Part shown: one piece after another, positions 12,530-23,001 of the stretch
How positions within the stretch are numbered: position 1 is the first letter of the stretch
Layout: each line of letters starts with the position of its first letter
Position numbers and translations under genes: made by a program
Notes under the pieces: model-generated
Databases searched by the model: none
What the model saw: the letters and a program-made list of their open reading frames with translations, nothing else
What the model was told of the DNA's origin: nothing
Assembly (NCBI GenBank): GCA_014905635.1
Contig: JABVCE010000029.1
Location: 62,001-126,000, forward strand
Reading direction: 5' to 3'
DNA from: Scenedesmus sp. PABB004
Taxonomy: Eukaryota
DNA length: 64,000 bases

Positions 12530-12985
12530 GCGCGCTCTCGATCACTCTCGCTCTCGCTCGCTCGCACTCACTCGCTCAGAGAGGTATCTCTCTCTCTCTC
12601 GCTCACGCTCTCTCTCGCCCGCGTGCTCGCACTCACTGAGTGCGTGGCACGCAGCGCTCTCGCACTCGCACTCGCACTCTCTCTTCTCTCTCTCGCTCGC
12701 TCTCTCTCTCTCTCGCGCGCTCTCGCTCTCTCTCGCTCTCGCTCTTTCGCTCTCTCTCGCTCTTGCGCACTCGTGCTCGCACTCACCGAGTGCGTGGCAC
12801 GCACACGTGCGCTCTCGGTCGCTCGGGTCGCTCGCTCGCTCAGCACTCAACGCTCGGTCGCTCAAGCACGCTCGGGTCGCTCGGGTCGCTCGCTCAGCAC
12901 TCGACGCTCGGTCGCTCAAGCTCGCTCGGGTCGCTCGGGTCGCTCGCTCAGCACACTCGACGCTCGGTCGCTCAAGCACTCTCTA
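12530..12985. repeat. CT/CTCG-rich microsatellite grading into a 54-56-bp minisatellite
   Basis: Unit cgctcggtcgctcaagc...gctcagcactcga recurs at 12851, 12905 and 12961; a ~32-bp unit recurs at ~12622 and ~12773. Confidence 0.9.
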
Positions 12986-13245
12986 GGGCGCGCGCGGTGC
13001 GCCGGGGGGTGGAGCCACACACAAACCAGCCGCCGTCCCATCCTCACAGCCCGCGGGCGGGCAATCGTCGGCCAAAAGGAAGAAAGTGCGGGCGGCACCA
13101 GGTGCCGCGCCGCGATCAACGGGGGATCACTCAGCCCTGCTCATGGTAACCACAGGCAGGCCCATCGCAGGCGGCCACGTCCCCTGCCAGCGGCCGCTGG
13201 CAGGGGCGGCTCGCCCGCGGGGCGCTCCTGCCGCCGCACCCGCGC

Positions 13246-14090
13246 CGCGGCCTGGCGCGGCGCGGGTGCGGCCTCATCACCGCCGGGGAGGTCTGGCTGC
13301 TCTCATGGCGCGCGAGCTGCGGGGCGCGGGCGGGCGAGGGCGGAGATTTTGTCAGCCGACGGGGTCGCGCGATGGCCGGCGCCAATCTTGCTGGCCGGCG
13401 CGCCCGCGGCGGGAGGCCACCGCGCGGGCGGCGCACTGGGCCGCTGGGAGTTAGGGTGTGCCCCCCGTGCGGCGGCCAGGCGCGCGCGCGGCCGGCGCGC
13501 CTCGCCGCGGCGCACCCTGTGATTCTCGCGCGGCCACGGCGCGCGCGGGTCTGTGGCGCTCGAGGGAGGTTTGTGTGATCACCGGGCGTCTCTCGACGAT
13601 GCGCGCGGGGCGCGGCTTGCCACCAGGCGCGTGATTGGGTGCGCTGAGGCGGGGGTGGCAGTCTTGGGGTGGCTTGTGGGGCTCGTTGTGGTGTGAGGGG
13701 CGCTTGGGTAGGCGGTCGGGGCCTGGGAATGATCATGGGCGGCCTGGGGGCTGCAAATATAGCGGCCAGCGATGGCGAATCGTCATTGTCACTTGGCGAA
13801 AAGTGCCAAATCGCCCAGGACTTTGGCCACAGGCATCACCCAAACTCCGCTGCCCACCGCAAGTGTCCGCCTGTGCGCTGGAACTCCAGGTGCGCGCGCC
13901 GGCGGGCTGGGCGGCGCGCCTGACCACGCTGCTGACCGTGCGCCGCCTGCACCCTGGCCGCCTCCCTCGCAGGGCCGGCGGCGCCGCCCTGCGCCCAGGC
14001 GAGTCGTAGGCGCGGCGCGGGGCACGCCCGACCGCGCGCCCGCTGCGCGCGGCGGCGCCACCCGGCGCCGGGTTTGCCCGCGCGCTGTGC
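13246..14090 (+). repeat. Long direct repeat, copy 1 (about 845 bp)
   Basis: Near-identical to 14806-15678; identical shadow ORFs appear twice in the ORF track. Confidence 0.95.
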
Positions 14091-14449
14091 CGGCCGCGCA
14101 GGCACGGCGTGCCGTGCGGCGCTGCAGACCCCGCCGCCAGTGCTGCCGCTGCCGCCGCGCAGGTCCGCAGCCGATCAGTGCTGCGTGAGATTGGACTGCT
14201 CCGGCGGCGCGCGGCTCATCGGCGGCTCCCGCGGTGCGCGCCGCGGCGCGGCACCGGCGGTGGCGGCGAGGCGTGCCTCGCCGGCGTGGGCGTGTGGCGC
14301 ACCCGTGGGCGTGTGACGCACCCGGCCGCTGGGGTCGGCCTCGGTGCTGCATGCGCAGCATGCGCGCTGTGAGCGCTTGGCTCGCTGCGCTGCAAGCCGA
14401 GCCAAGCACTCTGCTATGGCGTCGCCGCGCGACTTCCAAACACGAGAGA

Positions 14450-14695
14450 AAAACCTGGCGCGAGGCCGCTCCGAGAGCTGCAGCGCTGTGCGCGCGGCGC
14501 GTGGTGTGCGCGCGGAGTCGTTGTCCAGCAACTGCCAGCGCGTGTGGCCCCAGTGCAACGTCATCCACAGCGACTGGCGGGCGCATCCGGCTCGACCCCG
14601 AGCGCGCCAAGAAGCTGATGTTCAGCTGTGCCAACGAGCGGCTTGGCATCCGGAGCCGCGGCGAGGAGGCCTTCCAAGGCTGGCCCGAGGCCTGA
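14450..14695 (+). pseudogene. Frameshifted hAT transposase C-terminal dimerisation-domain remnant
   Basis: Across frames: ELQRCA / RRVV / SSNCQRVWPQCNVIHSDWR / RLDPERAKKLMFSCANERL, compared with the hAT consensus PELQ..A.RVLS..SSS.CERNWS....IHSK.RNRL...RA.KLV....N.RL. Confidence 0.7.
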
Positions 14696-14805
14696 GATGC
14701 AAGCAGCGGGCGCCTGCCGCCGCCCCGCTGAGCGGGGAGCGGCGGCGCGTGCTCGCGCGCACGCGGGCAGCGCGCGCCGCGCGGCTGCGCGTGCGCGTAC
14801 GCCTA

Positions 14806-15686
14806 CGCGGCCTGGCGCGGCACGGGTGCGGCCTCATCGCCGCCGGGGAGGTCTGGCTGCTCTCATGGCGCGCGAGCTGCGGGGCGCGGGCGGGCGAGGG
14901 CGGAGATTTTGTCAGCCGACGGGGTCGCGCGATGGCCGGCGCCAATCTTGCTGGCCGGCGCGCCCGCGGCGGGAGGCCACCGCGCGGGCGGCGCACTGGG
15001 CCGCTGGGAGTTAGGGTGTGCCCCCCGTGCGGCGGCCAGGCGCGCGCGCGGCCGGCGCGCCTCGCCGCGGCGCACCCTGTGATTCTCGCGCGGCCACGGC
15101 GCGCGCGGGTCTGTGGCGCTCGAGGGAGGTTTGTGTGATCACCGGGCTCGAGGGAGGTTGGTGTGATCACCGGGCGTCTCTCGACGATGCGCGCGGGGCG
15201 CGGCTTGCCACCAGGCGCGTGATTGGGTGCGCTGAGGCGGGGGTGGCAGTCTTGGGGTGGCTTGTGGGGCTCGTTGTGGTGTGAGGGGCGCTTGGGTAGG
15301 CGGTCGGGGCCTGGGAATGATCATGGGCGGCCTGGGGGCTGCAAATATAGCGGCCAGCGATGGCGAATCGTCATTGTCACTTGGCGAAAAGTGCCAAATC
15401 GCCCAGGACTTTGGCCACAGGCATCACCCAAACTCCGCTGCCCACCGCAAGTGTCCGCCTGTGCGCTGGAACTCCAGGTGCGCGCGCCGGCGGGCTGGGC
15501 GGCGCGCCTGACCACGCTGCTGACCGTGCGCCGCCTGCACCCTGGCCGCCTCCCTCGCAGGGCCGGCGGCGCCGCCCTGCGCCCAGGCGAGTCGTAGGCA
15601 CGGCGCGGGGCGCGCCCGACCGCGCGCCCGCTGCGCGCGGCGGCGCCACCCGGCGCCGGGTTTGCCCGCGCGCTGTGCTGACCCTG
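14806..15686 (+). mobile_element. Long direct repeat, copy 2; probable 3' subterminal region of a hAT element ending in ...TGACCCTG
   Basis: Matches copy 1 plus a 28-bp tandem duplication (15119-15174); directly follows the transposase remnant; ends in CCCTG (CAGGG on the minus strand, like hAT termini). Confidence 0.6.
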
Positions 15687-15687
15687 A

Positions 15688-16105
15688 TGCGCCGGCGATC
15701 GCAGGATGGTGCGTCCCTGCCGCCTTGGCCGGGCGGACGCCGCTGGAGTGCGTCGAGCGGCCGCGCCCCGCGGGGTGGATGCCGCCTCGCCGCGCGTCTG
15801 CGACGGGCGTTGAGACCCGAGACTGCCGAGCGGCACGCGGCTCGCCCGGCCCACGTTGGCCATTCCCCTGCGCCTCCCGACACCAACGACACGCGCGCCA
15901 TGCATGCGTGAGCTCGGTGCCAGCCTCTCGAGCCTTGCGGGCTCGCTGCGCGCCCCGCCGCGCCGCCTGCTGCCAGCATTGACCATGGAGCGCAGCGAGT
16001 GGGCGCGGCAGGAGGTGGAGCAGCTCTGGGCGCTGTTGCGGAGCCTGCCGCTGCCCTGGCTCGGCGCAGAGCGGGGCGATGGCGAGCCGGAGAAGCGTCA
16101 CGCGC
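15688..16105 (+). repeat. 418-bp duplicate of 10309-10726 (upstream region plus start of exon 1 of the CREST gene); truncated ORF MERSEW...ARLQT*
   Basis: Direct comparison; only 2 substitutions noticed. Confidence 0.95.
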
Positions 16106-16107
16106 GC

Positions 16108-16112
16108 TTACA
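16108..16112 (-). promoter_or_regulatory. TGTAA polyadenylation signal (TIC56 gene)
   Basis: Chlorophyte poly(A) signal about 195 nt after the stop codon. Confidence 0.55.
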
Positions 16113-16305
16113 AACATGAGAGAAAGCCCGGCACGCGTGATACGCGGCCTCCGAGAGCCCCAGCGCGGCCCCGCGCCGCCCCCCACCCGGCCACCCAGCA
16201 AGCTGCTGCCCCGCCCGCGGCGTGCCAGACGGCCGGCGCGCGCTGCTGCTGCAGCGCCGCCGGCCGCCGCCGCCGCCCCCGGCTCCGCCGCGCCGGCGCC
16301 GGCGC

Positions 16306-17392
16306 TCAGCGCATGCGCTCCACCTGCTGCGACTGCTGCTCCGGGTTGCGCGCCTCGCGCCGGCCCTCGCGGATGCGCTCCAGCGCGGGCTTGAGGCTGA
16401 ACGTACGCTTGACCCACGCACCAAACCGCACTGGCGCGGCGCGGCGCGGCACGGCGCGGGACGGCGCGGTGAGCCGGCGCGGCCGGCCGGCCGCGCGCGG
16501 CGCGGCGGCCGCGCCGCGCGGCCCCCGCGCGCGCGCCGCGGGCGCTCACTCACCCTCGGGCGTGCGGACCTGCGCCACGAGCAGCTTGACGTTGCGCATG
16601 GGCAGCCAGTCGATGAGGCCCTGGCCCCACACGAGCGTGTTCTCATCGATCACGCCCTGCACCCAGCAGTCCTTGAGCACGTGCAGCGGGCAGGGGCCGC
16701 GCGGCACGCTCATGCGGTCCCTGCGCGCAGAGACGGCTGCGCGTGAGCGCAGGGCCCCGCGCACTCGGCAGTGCTTGCCGCCGCTGCTGCGGCCGCCGCC
16801 ACTGCCGCTGCTGCGGCCGCCGCCACTGCCGCTGCTGCGGCGGCCGCCGCCGCTGGCCCGCCGCTGGTGCTGCCACCGCTGCTGCGCCGCCCGGCGCCCG
16901 CGCCGCCTGGCGCGTGTCGCTGGGGCCGCCAGCGGCGGCTCACCGGTAGTACCAGATGTTTTTGCGCAGCAGCATGCGCTGGTAGTTGATCATCTCGTAC
17001 TGGTACGGGCTGAGCTTGATGCTGCGCGCCTTGGGCTTGAGCTTCTGGCTCCACGGCCCCGCCGGCCGCGCCGAGTCGACGGGGTGGGGCTGGGAGAAGT
17101 CGTAGATGTCGTCCAGCTCCAGCAGCTCCTTCGCGAGCGCCGACTCGGCCGCGAGCCGCGACGCCCGCAGCTCCGCCGCCGCCGCGCGCGCGCCCGCCTT
17201 GTCGGTGGGGCCCAAGCTGAGCTCCGCCAGGCCGGGCACGATCTCCGCGATGCGGGCGTCCATGGCCGCCGCGGCGCGGCCGCTCTGCGAGACCGCCACC
17301 GGCGCGCGGGCCCGGACCTTGTGCACGCGCACCTTGCGCAGGGCCTCGCCCTCCCCGGCCGGGCCGCCCCCGGGCGCGGCGGGGTCGGCCAT
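16306..17392 (-). CDS. TIC56: TIC56-like chloroplast translocon subunit (GYF_2-type domain); 3 exons
   Basis: KNIWYYR|DRMSVPRGPCPLHVLKDCWVQGVIDENTLVWGQGLIDWLPMRNV...PE|VRFGAWVKRTF. Confidence 0.75.
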
Positions 17393-17926
17393 GCCGAATG
17401 CGGGCCCCGCGGGCGCGCCGCGCCGGACGGCGGGCGCCGATGCGCCGGCGGGCCGCGAGCAGGGCCCGGCGAGGGGCGTGCGCGGGTCGGGAGGACTGGG
17501 GGCGATGCGGGCGGGCGGCGGAATGCGTCGCTGGGGGCGCCCCGGCGCCCCAGGCGGTTCTCGGCCGAGAGCAGCAGCAGCAGACCCTGGTGTTAGTGCG
17601 AAACCTCGCCCGTCCGCGCTCATTCCCGGCGCTCGAGTCCAGAACCCGCAGATCCGGCGCTCCGAGGCCCAGCCGGCACCGCCGCAGCTCGCCGCGCGCA
17701 GCGCCGCCCGTCTTTGCCGCCCGCCGCCGTGCCGCGCGCCCAGGCAGCCAGCGCCCGAGGCAGCCACCCGCCGGAGCCCCTGCGTCAGGCTCGTGTCGCT
17801 CACGTCACGCACCGCCCGCGGGCCGGCGCCAGCGGCGGACGCAGCGGCAGCAGCAGCGGCAGCAGCGGACGCAGCCGCAGCAGCGGTCGCAGCGCGCGAG
17901 CAGCCGCAGCCTCCGCCCCCGCAGCC

Positions 17927-18472
17927 ATGGGCTGGAGCGAGGCGGTGCACGCCAACCGCAAGCGCGCCGAGCTGGCGCGCGCGCAGGAGGACCTGGGCCG
18001 GCGGCGGCGCGGCTACGAGCTCGAGGCCGCCCCCGACGCGGGCCTGCCGGCGCTCGCCGCGCTCGCGGGCGGCCTCGCCGGCGCGGCGTGGTGGCGCCGC
18101 GGCGGCCACACGCTCGCGGGCCGCGCCTGGCGCGACCTGCCCGGCGTGTCGGCGCTGCTGGCGCTGCTGGGCGGCGAGCCGCGGCGCCGCGCCGGAGCGC
18201 CGGCGCGCGGCGGCGGCGCCAAGCCCAAGGCCGGCAGCGGCCAGCAGCGCGCGGCGCTGCTCAAGGCGGCGGCGGCGCGGCAGGCGGCCGCGAGCGGCGC
18301 CGGCGCCCGGCCGCCGGCGGCGGCGGCGGTGCAGCAGGCGGCGGCGGCGCAGGCGCCCGCGGCGCAGCGGCAGCCCGCCGGCGCGGCCGCCGCCGGGGGC
18401 GGCGGCGGCGGCTGCGGCAGCGGCAGCGGCAGCGGCAAAGCCAAGAAGAAGAAGGCCAAGAAGAAGAAGTGA
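17927..18472 (+). CDS. Hypothetical single-exon protein with one hydrophobic segment and a Lys-rich C-terminus
   Basis: gccATGG start context, coding-like codon usage, LAALAGGLAGAAWW segment, ends KAKKKKAKKKK*; TGTAA at 18590. Confidence 0.6.
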   Translation: MGWSEAVHANRKRAELARAQEDLGRRRRGYELEAAPDAGLPALAALAGGLAGAAWWRRGGHTLAGRAWRDLPGVSALLALLGGEPRRRAGAPARGGGAKPKAGSGQQRAALLKAAAARQAAASGAGARPPAAAAVQQAAAAQAPAAQRQPAGAAAAGGGGGGCGSGSGSGKAKKKKAKKKK

Positions 18473-18589
18473 GCTGGCAGCTGTCTAGCCTAAACGACAG
18501 ATCTCGTCCCTGCTCTAGTGCAGGCAGCGCGGCGAACACGGGGCTGGCGCAAGGCGAGCGCGCAGTTGCGGACGCGCGGGGAGCAGCGC

Positions 18590-18594
18590 TGTAA
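18590..18594 (+). promoter_or_regulatory. TGTAA polyadenylation signal
   Basis: About 120 nt downstream of the stop at 18472. Confidence 0.5.
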
Positions 18595-18652
18595 CCTGCG
18601 CGGCTGCGCCGCCGCCGACGCGGCGCCCGCACGCCCGCGAGCCCGCTCCGCG

Positions 18653-21600
18653 TCACCGCGGCGGCGCCGCCGCCGCCGCCGCCGGGCGCAGCGCGGCAAG
18701 GTCGAGCTGCTCCAGGCTCGCGACGACCAGGTCGGCGTGCGGCGCGAGCGCCTCGGCCGGCAGCGAGTTGGTCACGCCCACAGCAAACGCGCCTGCGCGC
18801 CGCGCGGCGCGGCGGGGGAGGCGTGACGGCGCGCGCGTGGCGCCGGCGCCGGCGGCTGCCCCGTCCCGCGCGGCGGGGCCGTCCCGCCCGCGCGCACCAG
18901 CGCGCCGCGCGGCGACGAGGCCGTGCACAGCGTCCTCGACCACCACCGCGCGGCGCGGGTCGGCGCAGCCGAGGCGGCGCAGCACCTCCACCCAAACGTC
19001 CGGCGCGGGCTTGCCCGCCGCCACCTCAGCCGCGCTCACGACGTGCGCGGGGTCGAGCAGGCGCGCGAGGCCGCTGCTGCGCAGGTTGCGCGCAATCTTG
19101 GCGGGCGCGCCCGACGAGCCCACGCCCACGGGCAGGCCGAGCGCGCGTGCGGACGCGATGAGCGCGGCCGCACCTGCGGCGCGGGCGGCGCGGCGCGGCG
19201 CAGCGGCGGCTGGCGCGGCGCAGCGGCGGCCGGCGCGGCGCGCGGGGCGGGTGCGCCGTGCGCTGCGCTGCGCGCACCCGGCAGCTGGTCAATGCCGCCC
19301 GCGGTCAGCGCCTCGTAGTGCCGCTCCTTGGCGGCCGCCACGTCCGCCGCGATGGCCGCCGTGTCGGCCCAGTCGTCGCTGCGCCGGCGAGTGGCGGCGC
19401 GCGTGGCGCAGCGGCGCGCGGTCGCGGCAGCGGCGGCGGCGGCGGCACCTGCGGAGCGCAGAGCGGCGGCTGCGGCGGCGGCGGCGCACCGCCCCAGCGC
19501 GGCCTTGTAGTGGCGAATGCAGCTGATCACGTCCATGCCAAAGACAGGGGCAAAGTCAGCAGGGAACACATGCAGGATGTCCTGGCCTGCGCGGCGGAGT
19601 GGGCGGGGGTGGGCGGCGCGCGGGCGGGCGGGCGGGCGGGCACGCCGCTCGGTGCGGCCGCCCCGCGCCGCACCCCGCGCCGCACCCGTGACCTCCAAAA
19701 TCGCCCGCCGCAGCGCCTCACAGGAGGCTGCCTCGGTGTCCACCAGCACGCCGTCGCAGTCCAGCACCAGGTGCGTGAACCACGGCGATTCACTCCCGCG
19801 CGCCCGCTGCAGTTCCTGCTGCTCCTGCTGCTCCTGCTGCTCCTGCTGCCCCTGCTGCTCCTCCTCCGCGCCCGCTTGCAGCGCGAGCGCCGCGAGCGCC
19901 GCTGCCACCGCGCCCGGCGGCTCAGCGCCGCCGCCGCCGGCTCGCCCGTTTGCCGCCTGCTGGGCCTGCTCGTCGCCCGCGGCCTGCTGCTGCAGGTCCG
20001 GGAGGAAGTCGCCCGCCGCCTGCGCCCCGTCCCCGTCCGGCTGCTGCGTGCCGCCCGGCGGCGGCTGGCGCCGCTCCGCCAGCGTGGCTGGGAAGCGCAT
20101 GCCCGCCAGCGCTGCGGGCGGGCGCGGGCTGACCGTGTCGAGGCGGGAGAGGTGCAGCTGGAACCCAGGCGTCACCCACGCGCCCGCGCTGTTGGAGATG
20201 CCTGGGTGCGCCGCGCGGGCGCCGTGCTCGGCGGCGAGCGGCGAGCGCCGAGCGGCAGCGGCGGCGGCGGCGGCGGCCTGCCCCTCGGCGCGCACCCGCC
20301 CAGTTGAAGGAGCCCAGACGCGCGGAGCAGCCGCTGCAGTAGAGCTTGCCCGCCACCGCGCCCATGACCTGGTCGGCCATCCAGGCCATCGGCTCGGCAA
20401 ACAGCGACCCCTGCTCGCCGCCGCCGGGGCCGCCGGCGCCGCCGGGCCGCGCCGCCTCCGGCTGCGCTGCCTCTGGCGGCGGCGGCGGCGGCGGCGGCGC
20501 GCGCTCGCGCCGGAAGCGCCGCCGGCCCACGCCCTCCTGGGGCACGACGTTGCGCGCGCTCAGCAGCAGCGCGCGGCACTTGCGGCAGCGGTAGCGGACC
20601 AGCTGCGCGGCGAGGCGGGGCGGCGGCGGTGGCGCAGCGCGCGTTCGGGCTCGCCGCCGCGCGCCCACCGCCGCAAGCGGCCGCAGGGGCGCCGGCGGGG
20701 GCGCGGGCGCCGCCGCGCCGCGCCTGGGCGAGCCCCGCCTCGTCCGGGAGCTCCGCGAAGCTCGCCGGGTCGACCCAGCCCTCCTCCTCCCACTGCCGCG
20801 CGACCTGGCAGCGGGCCGCGGCGGGCGCCGGTCGCGGCGGCCGCGGCGGCCGCGGCGGCCGCGGCGGCCCGCGGCGGCCCGCGGCGGCCCGCGGCGCGCG
20901 GGCCGGCGGCCGCGCGCGCGGCTGTCGCTCCCGCCTTTCCCCTCCCCGGCCTGGTCACCTGGTCCAGCAGGAACTGCTTATAGCCAGGGTGGTCCTCGTC
21001 CAGCTGGCAGCCCATGTCGCCCCAGAGCTCCAGCTGCGCCAGGAAGCCGGCGTTTGGCGCCGCGCCCGGCGCGCGGCCGCGCAGCGCGTCGAGCGCGGCG
21101 GGCAGCGGCAGGCGCTTGGCCCGCATGATCGCGCCCACCACGATGGCGGCGCTGCGCGACGTGCCTGCGCGGGGGGCCCGCGGCGCGCGGAGCGGGTGTG
21201 GCGCAGCGCGCGCGGCGCGGCGCGGCGCGGCGTGGCGTGGCGCGGGCGCGGGCGCGCGCGCGCGCGGGCGCGAGGGCGCGAGCGCGCACGCGCACCCGCA
21301 TGGCAGTGCACCAGCACGCGCGCGCCGGCCTGGCGCAGCGCGCGCTCGAGCCACGTCACCGCGCCCGGGAGCTCGGCCAGGAGGTTGGCGGACTCGGCGT
21401 CCTCCAGCCGCACCTGCCAGTGGCAAACCCCCTCCGGCGGCTCCACGTCGTAGTTGACCACGCTCTGCAGCCGCCGCGCGGGCGGCGGCTCGGCACCCCG
21501 CGCCCGGCGGCAGCAGCGGCGGCCGCAGCGCGGCGCGGCGGCGCACCAGCACGTGCGTGAGCCCCAGCTCGCCCGCCTGCGCCAGCGCGGCCTGCGGCCC

Positions 21601-21716
21601 GATGTACAGGCCTGGCACCGGCGGGGCGGCGGGGCGTGAGGCCTGCAGGGCGCGGCGGGGCCGAGCAGCGGCGCGGTGCTGCCGCACCCACCCTTGGCCA
21701 CGGCGCAGGCCGCCAT
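18653..21716 (-). CDS. YVH1/DUSP12-like dual-specificity phosphatase fused to a C-terminal HAD (CbbY/beta-PGM-like) hydrolase; about 10 exons
   Basis: GLYIG, VLVHCHAG|TSRS, PNAGFLAQLELW, YRCRKCR, GKLYCSGCSARLGSFNW, WVTPGFQLHLSRLD; then LDCDGVLVDTE, GSS, GKPAPD, VEDAVHG. Confidence 0.85.
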
Positions 21717-23001
21717 GCCGCCTGGCGACCCAGGTCAAGCAGGTCGCTCAGTCGGAGCCTACGGGCGCGCGCCGACTGGACTGGCCGGCTGCTGCAGGAC
21801 CGCGGCGCCCTCCGCTGCCGCGCAGCGCTCGCCGCCGCTGCGGTCCCCCCAGGCAGCCCTCTGCGCGGCCTGGACGTTGGCAAGCCTGCAGTCAATTGGG
21901 GCTGAACTGCGCGCCGGGGTGAGCGCGGGCGATGCTGGCGCGCTCTGAGGGGCCGTGCGGAGGCGCCGCGTTACAACGCACGCGGGCGGCCCAGCGCCCG
22001 GACGCGACCACGGGCCCCCGCCCGCGCCAAGTCTACAGCTACGCACGCGCCCTCGCCACGAGCGGCGGCGGCCGCGCGGCCGACACGCCGCGCCGTGCAA
22101 GCTGCGGCGGCCACGCATCTGTACACGCGCAGCCCATCGCCCCTGCACAAGGTGCATCCCCCACAGCAGCAGCAGCCGCGGCGGGCGGGCCCGCCCGCCT
22201 GCGGGCGCCGCCGCCTTCCTGGCGCGCACGCGAGGCCGGCCGCCGCCGGCCGCCGCGCGCAGGCAACAATGCTGGGCCCTGGGAGGCGAGAGAGGAGAGT
22301 TCTAGGCGCGCTAAAGCAGCATAGTGCGCTTCCGCCGCCGCCCGCCCGCCCGCGCGCGCGCGCGCCGCCGCCGCTGCGCGCGGCAGCGGCGGGGGGCGCC
22401 GCGGCGGGCGGCGGCGCATCCCACCCCCGGCAGTGCGAGCGGGAGCAGCCCCGGAGCTGGAGCCCCAGCGCGCGCGGCCGCGCACGCCGTCACCGCTGCG
22501 TCGCCGTCGCTGTGCAGAGAAAACGCCGCCGGGCCGGGCAGGTCCACGCGGGCGACCCTCCAGCGCCGCCGCGCCGCGCACGCCACGCAGGCGTGAACGG
22601 CCCGCGGCCTGCGCCGCGGCTGGTGCGCGAGCACACTCACACGCGCCCCCTCGAGCACACCCCCCAGCAAACGCTGCTCGTGGCAAGCTGCTTGCCGCTG
22701 CTTGCCTGCCTGCCTCCTGCCTGCCTGCCTGCCGACCTGCCTGCACGGGCGGCGCCGCCGCCGCCGCTCACGGGCACGCCGCGCCAAGCCGCGCCGGCCG
22801 CTGCTCGACTGCCGCCGCCGCCGCCGCCGGCGCGGCCGGGCAGCAGGAGCTGGCGCCCGGCCGGCGCGCGCGCGCCGCGCCCGGCACGCCCGACGCGCCC
22901 GCGCGGGCGCGCACCGCCGTGGGCGGCGCACCGCCGCGCCGTGCGTCGCTCGCACGCGCCGCCGTGGCCGCCGCCGCGCGCCACGACGTGCGTCGCGGCG
23001 C

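Noticed and set aside
12542..12979. Glu/Arg-rich ORFs on the minus strand
   Set aside because: Translation of the CT microsatellite
12800..12985. CRISPR-like regularly spaced repeats
   Set aside because: Units are tandem with no unique spacers, there are no cas genes, and the context is eukaryotic
12387..13210. Candidate left TIRs (CAGGG at 12387 and 13201) pairing with the CCCTG end at 15686
   Set aside because: Only 5-6 nt match and no 8-bp target-site duplication
13635..14009. 124-aa ORF present in both repeat copies
   Set aside because: No recognisable domain, non-ATG start and poor codon bias
13246..15678. LTR retrotransposon or TRIM
   Set aside because: No TG...CA ends, PBS, PPT or TSD found; the interior is hAT-like
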